Below are positions 10,268-18,638 of a DNA stretch of 64,000 nt, piece after piece (positions within the stretch are counted from its first letter, which is position 1; the number at the start of each line of letters is the position of its first letter). A program made the translations under genes and the position numbers. A model generated the notes under the pieces. That model was not told the DNA's origin, did no database searches, and was given only the letters and a program-made list of their open reading frames with translations. The DNA comes from Leptospira biflexa (GTDB lineage Bacteria > Spirochaetota > DYNZ01). Where the stretch lies: contig DYNZ01000003.1 of the NCBI GenBank assembly GCA_020720805.1, positions 35,927-99,926 of the forward strand, given 5' to 3'.

Positions 10268-10909
10268 ATGAAAGTTGTAGAAATTGAAGGTAAGACAATT
10301 GAGATAGCCAAGAAAAAGGCTGTTGAACTTTTTAACCTGGATCTCAATGAGATGCGGGTTGAGATTATTGATGAAGGGAAAAGCGGAATTTTCGGTCTGG
10401 GAACTTCCCGTCCAGCCAAAATCAGGGTTTTTTATAATGACCTGACATCAAATGTAACAGAATCGTTAAAGGAGTTTCTTGATACCCTTTTAAAAAAGAT
10501 GGACTTTGATGGATCGGTTTATGAAATCAAGGAAGGAAAGAATAAGGTCTATATTGAATTGCGCAGTAAAAATTCTGCTTTGATTATTGGTAAACGCGGA
10601 AAAACCCTTGAGGCTATCCAGTTGCTCTGTAATATGTACATTTCCCATATAAATAGCGCATTAGCCAGCAAGAGAATTATTATTGATATCGAAAATTACC
10701 GACGCAAGCGCGAGAGTGCCTTATCTCGGCTCGCAAAAATTTCAGCTCAAAGTGTAATTAAGTCCGGAAAACCAAAGTTATTGGAACCCATGAATCCATT
10801 TGAACGTAGGTTGATTCATCTGTCTCTTCAAAATGATAATCGAGTAGCAACTGTAAGCGAAGGCAATGGTATTTATAAAAGGGTCCGTATCGAACCACGT
10901 CAAAAGTAA
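10268..10909 (+). CDS. jag: Jag/KhpB RNA-binding protein (Jag_N, KH and R3H domains)
   Basis: 213 aa. R3H motif NPFERRLIHLSLQ near the C-terminus. Position between yidC and mnmE is conserved. Confidence 0.85.
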   Translation: MKVVEIEGKTIEIAKKKAVELFNLDLNEMRVEIIDEGKSGIFGLGTSRPAKIRVFYNDLTSNVTESLKEFLDTLLKKMDFDGSVYEIKEGKNKVYIELRSKNSALIIGKRGKTLEAIQLLCNMYISHINSALASKRIIIDIENYRRKRESALSRLAKISAQSVIKSGKPKLLEPMNPFERRLIHLSLQNDNRVATVSEGNGIYKRVRIEPRQK

Positions 10910-10915
10910 ATTTTT

Positions 10916-12298
10916 ATGAAGCCTGCATCTCGTAGCCAGGATACCATTTGCGCTCCAGCCACCCCCGCCGGGCGGGGGGCTGTTTCAATGATCCGCATCT
11001 CCGGCTCCCGTACCAGAGAAATCCTTACCCAGATTTTTTCAGTAACAAAAATTGAAATCCGAAAGGCGACCTATGGCCATATTTTAGGACCGAAAGGGAA
11101 AATTGATGATGTAATTTTGGTATTTTATGGCGCCAAGCGTAGTTTTACCACAGAGGACATGGCAGAAATTTTTTGCCATGGCAATCCGGTGATTGTCAGA
11201 GAAATTATTGATCTGTTAACCTCTCTTGGGGTCCGCCCTGCTGAAAAGGGAGAGTTTACGGAGCGGGCCTTTCTTGGTGGCAGAATCGACCTGACCCAGG
11301 CAGAAGCAGTCGACGCATTAATCCGGGCACAAAGCCGTAGCGAGTATAGAATTTGGTTAAAGCAGTCGAGCGGGTTTTTTCGGGAAAAAATTTACTCACT
11401 AAGAGAGCGGATGATCGATTTATTGGCTGATATAGAAGCGGAAATTGATTTTGCCGATGCTGAGGAGGTTTTCGTCAGACTGGAAGAGAAGGTTGATTAT
11501 GCTGGTGAGATAAACGAATTCGTTCAAAAAATTTTACGGTATGGGCGATTGGGAGATAAAATTCGGGAAGGGGTACAGGTTGTGATAGCTGGAGAGCCGA
11601 ATGTTGGCAAATCCAGCATTATGAATCTTTTGTTAAATGAGGAGCGATCTATTGTAACAGATATTCCGGGTACGACACGCGATATTGTGTCGGGATCTAT
11701 CGAGATTGGTGCCCATATTTTTTTTCTTATGGATACAGCTGGATTGCGCGAAAGCTTAGAACCTGTAGAAAAAATTGGTATCGAGCGAACCTTCAGCGCT
11801 CTGGAGCGCGCAGACGTTGTCCTTTATGTTGTTGATGGATCTCAAGTTATTGATTCTAGCCTGAATCGAATGAGTGCCAACTTTCATCAGAAAAGGCATA
11901 TCATTTTAATAAACAAAATGGATCTGGTACTTGAAGATCAGCATTCTTCTATTCGGGATACCTTTCAAACTATGTTTCCTGGAACCACATTTATCTTTTT
12001 TTCTGCGACATCCGGAATGGGTATTCCCGAATTGGAGAGATTTTTATCTGAAACTGCTGAATTACCGGAAGAGGATAGAGAAGAAATCGTAATGGTTCAG
12101 GAACGTGTTAAAAATTTACTACTGCTTATCCAGGAAAAGGTCGATGAATTTATCAACCTAAGCCAGAATCAATCTCCTCAGGAGATCCAGGCAATTCCTC
12201 TTCGAGAAGCAATCCAGTATCTCGGGGAAATAAGCGGTAGAATCGGCAATGAGGAAATATTAGGTTCCATTTTTCGTCGGTTTTGCATTGGTAAATAG
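10916..12298 (+). CDS. mnmE: tRNA modification GTPase MnmE
   Basis: 460 aa. G-domain motifs GEPNVGKSS, DTAG and NKMD, and the C-terminal CIGK tetrapeptide typical of MnmE/TrmE. Confidence 0.9.
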   Translation: MKPASRSQDTICAPATPAGRGAVSMIRISGSRTREILTQIFSVTKIEIRKATYGHILGPKGKIDDVILVFYGAKRSFTTEDMAEIFCHGNPVIVREIIDLLTSLGVRPAEKGEFTERAFLGGRIDLTQAEAVDALIRAQSRSEYRIWLKQSSGFFREKIYSLRERMIDLLADIEAEIDFADAEEVFVRLEEKVDYAGEINEFVQKILRYGRLGDKIREGVQVVIAGEPNVGKSSIMNLLLNEERSIVTDIPGTTRDIVSGSIEIGAHIFFLMDTAGLRESLEPVEKIGIERTFSALERADVVLYVVDGSQVIDSSLNRMSANFHQKRHIILINKMDLVLEDQHSSIRDTFQTMFPGTTFIFFSATSGMGIPELERFLSETAELPEEDREEIVMVQERVKNLLLLIQEKVDEFINLSQNQSPQEIQAIPLREAIQYLGEISGRIGNEEILGSIFRRFCIGK

Positions 12299-12330
12299 AT
12301 TTCATCCAGCAGAGGTGGGGATGGTTTATT

Positions 12331-12480
12331 ATGGCGAATAATCATGTGGTAGAAAAGGGCAGCGGCTTTTTCCTAAAGGATGAAACAAGGAAAGTGGTTC
12401 TCTGGAAGCTCATTGGTGGTATAACTGCATTTTGGATGATAATGCAGATCATTGATTATACTTACTGGCTGCTCTATTAA
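12331..12480 (+). CDS. candidate 49-aa single-TM membrane micro-protein
   Basis: ATG is preceded by a strong Shine-Dalgarno (AGAGGTGGGG, ~9 nt spacing). The hydrophobic C-terminal half is LWKLIGGITAFWMIMQIIDYTYWLLY. It lies in the 227-bp gap between mnmE and the PilZ-like gene and is below the 60-aa ORF-track cutoff. Confidence 0.3.
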   Translation: MANNHVVEKGSGFFLKDETRKVVLWKLIGGITAFWMIMQIIDYTYWLLY

Positions 12481-12525
12481 TGACTACGTGAGATCCTTTG
12501 CCGCCGTAGAAGGAAAAAACAAATT

Positions 12526-13713
12526 ATGGCTAATCATCAGCAAGGTGCAGATTCTCCGGAAAGAGCAATCGTTAAGCATAGATCACAGAGAAAATTTCAG
12601 AATATTTTGGATATTGCTCAGGTTCTTTATATAATACGGAATCATCTGAAGGGAAAGAATCTGTTTTTTAAAGGATACCCTCAGGATTATACAACAAATA
12701 TCTATAATATTATTGATGACTCCGTAATTGAGATCGAGGTTCCGGCTATTATAAAAATCGAACCTCAAATGACCATCTATGCAATTCTTAATAAATTTGT
12801 GGAGATTGATCTATCCTATAAAGAGCGGCTAAGCAACGATCGCTATCTCTTTTTGATTGTCGGGTCGAATATCGCCAAATCAAGCCGGGAAAATACCCGC
12901 ATTCCGATGGAACCGGGCGATGCTTTTATAAACCATATAACGGCAAGTAAAAATATTATTAAAGCGGATAAATACAATATCCCCACCTCTGTGAAAGTCA
13001 TCATGCATCAATTTCAGGCAGTTCTGGAAAGGAGGGCAGATGAGGTTTATATCTCTACTTTTGATGAGAAAGATCCCAAGCACCGTTTAATCCAGCGAAG
13101 CAACAAGATCTACTATATTCGAGATGCTCAGGATATCTCCTCCTTTGACCCGCTCAATGAAGATTTTATTGATATACGCGCCTATTTGCAAAATAATTTT
13201 GAGCAGGCTCAGCGTTACTATAAAAACCATGGGATTGTGTCAGAGATTCTATCATCCATTTTGTATGTTGATCTAAATCAGGATGCTATTCCCTTGGGAG
13301 TCATTCATTTGATTTCAAAGAGCAAACCCCTGGAAATTGAGCATGTCCTTGAAGCAAAAGAACTCTCATTTGAAATCGTCGATAGAATTCGAACAGCCAA
13401 TACCATGGTAATCAACAAGCGGCAACCTGTCCTGGATATCGGACGCGGCGGTGCGAAGATCCTGATAACAGATTTTGAATTAGCTCAGGTTTTAGTACAC
13501 CAGAGTGGATTTAGCTTTGATCTCTACTTTCGGTTTCAGGCGCCAATCACCCTATATGTAGAGATTCGATCACTACACTGGAATGAACAGAAGCATCTAA
13601 CCCTTGGTGTGGTTTTTTCAGGACGCTCTTCACGTACAGAAGATATAAAAAGACTGCATGAATTTCTGGAACCTTTAGAAAAGGATGCCAAAAAAAGATT
13701 GCTTCAGGAGTAG
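12526..13713 (+). CDS. PilZ-like domain protein (putative c-di-GMP receptor), degenerate motifs
   Basis: 395 aa. The C-terminal segment KRQPVLDIGRGGAKI resembles PilZ motif II (DxSxGG). An N-terminal HRSQRKF ... IIDDSVIEIEV segment resembles a second, YcgR-N-like PilZ module. No other recognisable domain. Confidence 0.4.
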   Translation: MANHQQGADSPERAIVKHRSQRKFQNILDIAQVLYIIRNHLKGKNLFFKGYPQDYTTNIYNIIDDSVIEIEVPAIIKIEPQMTIYAILNKFVEIDLSYKERLSNDRYLFLIVGSNIAKSSRENTRIPMEPGDAFINHITASKNIIKADKYNIPTSVKVIMHQFQAVLERRADEVYISTFDEKDPKHRLIQRSNKIYYIRDAQDISSFDPLNEDFIDIRAYLQNNFEQAQRYYKNHGIVSEILSSILYVDLNQDAIPLGVIHLISKSKPLEIEHVLEAKELSFEIVDRIRTANTMVINKRQPVLDIGRGGAKILITDFELAQVLVHQSGFSFDLYFRFQAPITLYVEIRSLHWNEQKHLTLGVVFSGRSSRTEDIKRLHEFLEPLEKDAKKRLLQE

Positions 13714-13764
13714 CTGGCCGCGATTTAGTCGCTAGGGTTCAATACATTCATTACTGAGGAATCT

Positions 13765-15021
13765 ATGAGCTATTCCCTTGATTTTCAACCAGGAAGTTAT
13801 CTTTTACCTCAAGGTTTTATCAGCGCGGGTATCTCCGCTGGGATAAAAAAAAAGGCATCCCTGGATTTAGGTATTCTCCTCTCTGTCCCTAAAGCTGCAA
13901 CTGCGGGCATGTTTACCAGCTCTCGGTTTCGGGGACATTGTATCGATATCTGTCGTGATCAATTGACCTCGAATCGCTACTCCTATGGATGCATTGTGAA
14001 TTCTGGTAACTCGAATACCGCCACCGGGGCTTTAGGGCGCTCTCACTCGGAAAGAATGCGCCAGGCCTTAGCAGAGCAAATGCAACAATCGCCCGCTTGG
14101 AATGCAACGATTCAAGGAGCAGACCTGCTGATTTCCCATACGGGAGTCATCGGTTTTCCGCTGCCCATCGATAAGATCGAAGAAAGTATTCCTAATTTTT
14201 ATCAATTTATGAACAGTACGAGCGCTGTTCAGGATTGCAATCAGGAATCCTTTGCACGGGCTATCATGACTACGGACACAAGACCAAAATCGGCCAGTGT
14301 TCTGGTAACAACAACCAAGGGACATTTTCGCCTTTCTGGGGTTGCCAAAGGCGCAGGGATGATTGCACCAAATATGGCTACAATGCTTTGCTATCTGAGT
14401 ACGGATGCAAATTTAGCTCCTGAACTCCTGCAAGAGCTCCTGGAAAAGTCGGTGCAAAGGTCATTTAATAGCATCACGATTGACGGAGATATGAGTCCAG
14501 ATGATTCGATCCTCCTCTTTGCCAATGGGGCCTCCCAGGTTAACATTATAGCTGGATCAGAGGAAGCGGAAGCTTTTGACAATGGGTTGCAGGAGTTAAC
14601 TATGTATTTGGCAAAGGAGATTGTTCGGGATGGAGAGGGAGCCAATAAATTGGTGACAATTTCCGTATCTGGAGCTGCAACAGTCCAGCAAGCAAAGCAG
14701 GCTGCATTGACCATAGCAAATTCTATGTTGGTAAAGACAGCTTTTTTTGGCGAAGATGCAAATTGGGGGAGAATTTTAACTGCATTGGGTTATAGCGGAG
14801 TCCCTTACCAACAGGAGGATGTGCAGCTGTTTTTTGGCTCGTTTCAGCTCTGTCGCGACGGTCAAGGTCTCGCTTTTGACGAAGATGATCTTAAAAAATA
14901 TCTATCCCAGGCCGAATTCGCAATCTTATTGAAAATAGGTAAGGGAGATGGTCAGGCTACGGTCTTTACTTCTGATCTTTCTTACGATTATGTAAAAATA
15001 AATGCAGATTACAGAAGTTGA
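13765..15021 (+). CDS. argJ: bifunctional glutamate N-acetyltransferase / amino-acid acetyltransferase ArgJ
   Basis: 418 aa. Autoproteolytic ATML site (MATMLCYLSTDA) and conserved ArgJ N- and C-terminal blocks. Confidence 0.85.
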   Translation: MSYSLDFQPGSYLLPQGFISAGISAGIKKKASLDLGILLSVPKAATAGMFTSSRFRGHCIDICRDQLTSNRYSYGCIVNSGNSNTATGALGRSHSERMRQALAEQMQQSPAWNATIQGADLLISHTGVIGFPLPIDKIEESIPNFYQFMNSTSAVQDCNQESFARAIMTTDTRPKSASVLVTTTKGHFRLSGVAKGAGMIAPNMATMLCYLSTDANLAPELLQELLEKSVQRSFNSITIDGDMSPDDSILLFANGASQVNIIAGSEEAEAFDNGLQELTMYLAKEIVRDGEGANKLVTISVSGAATVQQAKQAALTIANSMLVKTAFFGEDANWGRILTALGYSGVPYQQEDVQLFFGSFQLCRDGQGLAFDEDDLKKYLSQAEFAILLKIGKGDGQATVFTSDLSYDYVKINADYRS

Positions 15022-15098
15022 TTACTTTTTTGACTGGATCATGCCAGTTTCCAAAGCCTGATCCAGTAGATTGACATGGAAATCATCTTCATGATTTT

Positions 15099-15614
15099 TT
15101 AATAGAGTCCCCCTGTTCCCTTTTTTTTTTCCTCTTTTGGTTCATCCAGATTCTCAAAAATTTTTCTTCTTGCTTCATCGAATTTTCTGTCAATCATATC
15201 CTGCGTTAGCATAGATCCGCCAAGAAAGTCATCGTTTGCTGCCTTGTCTGTTTGTACTGAGTTCTCTTTATCAAGGGGCAAAGTAGTATCTTCTTCTCTT
15301 TTTTTTGTGAAATCTGGGGAAGCCTCTTTTTTCCGTGTCTTCAGACGAGATGGCCGTTCTGGCTCTGGCCTTTTTATTGCTGACCGAACATCATCTTCAA
15401 TGTCAGTTTGCATCATCGATTCAGGAGGATTTTCGATGCGGAGTTCAAGAAATTTAATTCTTTCAGCCAGCATTATGTTAATTTGCTTTTCAATGGAAAT
15501 CATGATAGGCGTAGAGTAGCTTTTCCCCTTTTTAAGCTGGGTTTCCAGCTTTTTTAGCTGTTTGATGTCATCATCGATCATCTCAATTCTTTTAACTACG
15601 TGGGCTACCTTCAT
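15099..15614 (-). CDS. hypothetical K/E-rich protein
   Basis: 171 aa with a charged, coiled-coil-like composition and no recognisable domain. A 10-A homopolymer (plus-strand T run, 15121-15130) encodes KKK, 8 codons before the stop. Confidence 0.5.
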   Translation of the reverse strand: MKVAHVVKRIEMIDDDIKQLKKLETQLKKGKSYSTPIMISIEKQINIMLAERIKFLELRIENPPESMMQTDIEDDVRSAIKRPEPERPSRLKTRKKEASPDFTKKREEDTTLPLDKENSVQTDKAANDDFLGGSMLTQDMIDRKFDEARRKIFENLDEPKEEKKKGTGGLY

Positions 15615-15726
15615 CTGATTCTGCCTTTTAATTATAGATTAGACAAATAAATTTCTGCTACACTGCTGTAGTATTCTCCGTGTCAGAAAATGCAATAAAA
15701 AAAATGCAATGACTTTCGGGAAAAAA

Positions 15727-16437
15727 CTACTTACGCAGGCTAATTTTATATTGCCCGTTATTCTTTTCAAGAGTAACACTCTCAAGGATAACAGGATCCA
15801 ATGGTCGGGATTTCTCTCTAGTAAATGAGTAGGTCACCGCAACCTCTTCGATCTTGGCAAGGGTTTCAAATCCTTCAACGATTTCCCCAAATACGGTATA
15901 TTTTCCATCAAGAAAACTGTGATTACCCAACATAATAAAAAACTGACTGCCTGCGCTGTTTATATCCTGCGCCCTTGCCATGGAAATAATTCCTCGTACA
16001 TGGGGGATTTTGCTAAACTCTGCATCAATTTGGTAACCTGGGCCGCCTGTTCCATCATTGCCTGGATCGTTATCTCTTGTGAACAGATCGCCACCCTGTA
16101 TCATAAAACCTTTGATAATACGGTGAAACTGGGTTCCATCAAAAAATCCGTTCACAGCCAATCTCTTGAAGTTCGCTGCATGTCTTGGAGCGATGTCAGG
16201 GTATAGCATGGCCTTCAAAATACCGTGATTTGTCTTTAAGACAAAGATGTCCTCTTCGGCAACAGCGGGAACAGGGCTTTTTTCAATTTTTTCAAGAATT
16301 GCTTTGATTTCTGGATGTTTTAGGGATCTGTCTGCCCATAAAGGAGCGCCGTTTTTTAACTTTCCTGTGAAAAGAAATGCGATGACGCCAATGGATAAAA
16401 TAACGGCAATCATGATGATTATTTTTTTCTGCTTCAT
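15727..16437 (-). CDS. secreted cyclophilin-type peptidyl-prolyl cis-trans isomerase
   Basis: 236 aa. N-terminal signal or TM segment. Cyclophilin signature HRIIKGFMIQGGD and FFIMLG block. Confidence 0.85.
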   Translation of the reverse strand: MKQKKIIIMIAVILSIGVIAFLFTGKLKNGAPLWADRSLKHPEIKAILEKIEKSPVPAVAEEDIFVLKTNHGILKAMLYPDIAPRHAANFKRLAVNGFFDGTQFHRIIKGFMIQGGDLFTRDNDPGNDGTGGPGYQIDAEFSKIPHVRGIISMARAQDINSAGSQFFIMLGNHSFLDGKYTVFGEIVEGFETLAKIEEVAVTYSFTREKSRPLDPVILESVTLEKNNGQYKISLRK

Positions 16438-16553
16438 GGATTTATTCCTGGAAAAAGGTTATGGATCTATATCCTTCATAGAAATGGTTGGGTTTTTTTT
16501 CAACTAATCCAAATTCTCCTTGAAAATTATCAGGAGTATCAAAATTTTTTTTT

Positions 16554-17840
16554 ATGCGTCTACTATTGTCTCCCCTTCATCAGATCTCTCTACGTGTTGA
16601 GCTATTGGCTGGTTTAAGTACCTTTCTGGCTTCGATGTATATTATTGTTGTGAATCCAGCGATTTTGCAGGAGGGCGGATTGCCCTTTTCGGCAGTCTTA
16701 ACCGCAACAGTCATGGTAAGCAGTATCAGTACTATTTTAATGGGCATTCTGGCGAATAATCCTATCCTAATCGCTCCGGGAATGGGTTTGAATGCATTTT
16801 TTACCTACTCGGTGGTCATAGGAATGAAAATTCCAGCTGAGATTGCTTTGGGAATCGTATTCTGGTCAGGAATTCTTTTTGTTCTGTTGTCTCTCTTACC
16901 CGTGCGTCAATGGATTACGTCGGCAATTCCGGCCACTGTTCGCTACGGTGTTGCCGTCGGCATAGGGTTGTTTATTACATTGATAGGGTTTAGCAAGGCA
17001 GGCTTGTTGGTTTCTGACCCTGTTACATTTTTAAAAGCAGCTCCTTTGGGTATGCAACAATTGCATTTTTTCCTCGGTCTTTTTCTAATAGCATACCTTA
17101 TTTTAAAGAAGATTCCAGGAGCGCTGGTGCTAGGAATTGGATTTACAACCTTAATTTCTTCTCTGAGGGATTTTAGCTATGAGAAATTTGCTGTCCAATC
17201 GATTTTTTCTATGCCAGACTTCTCGCTGATGGGGCATATAAATCTGGTCGATTCACTTCAATGGAGCTTGATTCCTGTGATGTTTACCTTTTTTTTCACA
17301 GATCTTTTTGATAGTATCTCCACTTTTATGGGAGTTGCTGAAGCTGGTAATCTTGTCGATGAACAGGGAGATCCCCGAAATCTGCGCCACTCACTTTTGG
17401 CAGATGCAGTTGCCACAGTTTTATCTGGTTTTTTTGGTACAAGTTCGGCTACAAGTTTTATTGAATCTGCGGCAGGCATCCATGAAGGGGGGCGTTCAGG
17501 CTGGACAGCAATTTTTGCTGGGCTTTTATTCCTTCCTTTTATGTTTTTATCTCCCCTGTTGGCCTTGATTCCACCCCATGCGACAGCAACAGCCTTGATC
17601 ATCGTTGGTCTATTTATGATGCAGCCTACCCGCCTCATTCAATGGCACAATACACGGGAAGCCTTTCCGGCCTTTCTGGCTATTGTCTTGATTCCTTTCA
17701 CCTACTCCATAACGAAGGGAATTATTTTTAGTCTTCTGGCATTTTCGGTGATGCAGTTGCTGCAGCGTGAAAAAATAGCTCCTATGCTTTTGGTTGTGGA
17801 TCTGTTAGCGGTAGTGGCTTTAGCATTTGGGCTTATTTGA
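16554..17840 (+). CDS. NCS2-family purine (guanine/hypoxanthine/adenine) permease, AzgA/PbuG-like
   Basis: 428 aa, polytopic. N-terminal LLAGLSTFLASMYIIVVNPAILQ block typical of AzgA-like permeases. Confidence 0.75.
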   Translation: MRLLLSPLHQISLRVELLAGLSTFLASMYIIVVNPAILQEGGLPFSAVLTATVMVSSISTILMGILANNPILIAPGMGLNAFFTYSVVIGMKIPAEIALGIVFWSGILFVLLSLLPVRQWITSAIPATVRYGVAVGIGLFITLIGFSKAGLLVSDPVTFLKAAPLGMQQLHFFLGLFLIAYLILKKIPGALVLGIGFTTLISSLRDFSYEKFAVQSIFSMPDFSLMGHINLVDSLQWSLIPVMFTFFFTDLFDSISTFMGVAEAGNLVDEQGDPRNLRHSLLADAVATVLSGFFGTSSATSFIESAAGIHEGGRSGWTAIFAGLLFLPFMFLSPLLALIPPHATATALIIVGLFMMQPTRLIQWHNTREAFPAFLAIVLIPFTYSITKGIIFSLLAFSVMQLLQREKIAPMLLVVDLLAVVALAFGLI

Positions 17841-18621
17841 CACTATCAACTCTTTGGCTAAGCCGTTCAATTTGCAGCATCATGTGGTTGTGCAGATGAG
17901 CTTTGGCCTGTTCTTCATCAAAGTCGGTTGAAATGATGATGGGTTCACCATATTCAACGAAAACTTTGGCAAAAAATTTTGGTACGATAAATCTATCCCA
18001 GGAAGAAAAAATCCATTTGCGACGGCAATCATAAGCAATGGGGATGACCGGAAGTTTACTTAACCTGGCAAGAGTGATCAGACCGTCATGCATTGTGTAC
18101 ATGGGACCTCGCGGACCATCAGGTGTTATGAGCGGATGAAAGTGCAGGGAAACATAACGTAATAATTTTTTTAGCGCGCGCGTGCCTCCGCGACTTGACG
18201 AACCTCTTGAGGTAAAACCGCCCCAGAGCTCTGTTGTTCTGGCAATTAATTCTCCATCATCGGATTCAGAAATGATGGCAAGAATATCATGCCCTTTGGT
18301 GGCTATATGCTGCCGGAGTGAGAATACACTATAAAGCAGCCGATTGTGCCAGATCCCTATGATAAATTGACCTGTTGGGTCATTGATAAGTTTGTTTGCC
18401 TCGGGATGAATGGATAGCTCCTCTTTGCTGGAGAAATAGATGAGCTCAACGAGAATTTTTAGCAATCGAGAGCCAAGGAAAAAGAAAATATTTTTTTTAA
18501 GGCTGACTTTTTTCCGGTTGATGGGATCTAAAAGCTCAGCCCGGGCTTGAATTTTTTCCCCTTTCGGCACGTGCGGAGGTATTGGGAATTTTCCCTTATA
18601 TTTCCCTGTTTGTGATTGCAT
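17833..18621 (-). CDS. lysophospholipid acyltransferase family protein (DUF374-like, Kdo-lipid A associated type)
   Basis: 262 aa. Motifs IWHNRLL, SESDDGELIAR and ITPDGPRGP are characteristic of the DUF374 acyltransferase family. Confidence 0.6.
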   Translation of the reverse strand: MQSQTGKYKGKFPIPPHVPKGEKIQARAELLDPINRKKVSLKKNIFFFLGSRLLKILVELIYFSSKEELSIHPEANKLINDPTGQFIIGIWHNRLLYSVFSLRQHIATKGHDILAIISESDDGELIARTTELWGGFTSRGSSSRGGTRALKKLLRYVSLHFHPLITPDGPRGPMYTMHDGLITLARLSKLPVIPIAYDCRRKWIFSSWDRFIVPKFFAKVFVEYGEPIIISTDFDEEQAKAHLHNHMMLQIERLSQRVDSVK

Positions 18622-18638
18622 TCTAATTGCCTCTCCTG

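Noticed and set aside
12452-12634. 60-aa ORF spanning the micro-ORF/PilZ junction
   Set aside because: Overlaps both better-supported ORFs in another frame. Low-complexity translation.
15034-15066. 8-bp inverted repeat CTGGATCA ... TGATCCAG between convergent argJ and the K/E-rich gene
   Set aside because: No adjacent U-tract on either strand (the T-run precedes the hairpin on the plus strand, and the minus strand has an A-run after it). Not a convincing terminator; possibly a protein-binding site, but evidence is thin.
16438-16553. purine riboswitch upstream of the guanine/hypoxanthine permease gene
   Set aside because: No match to the purine riboswitch core (conserved U-rich junction and pyrimidine discriminator context). 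The 116-bp divergent gap is too short and unstructured.
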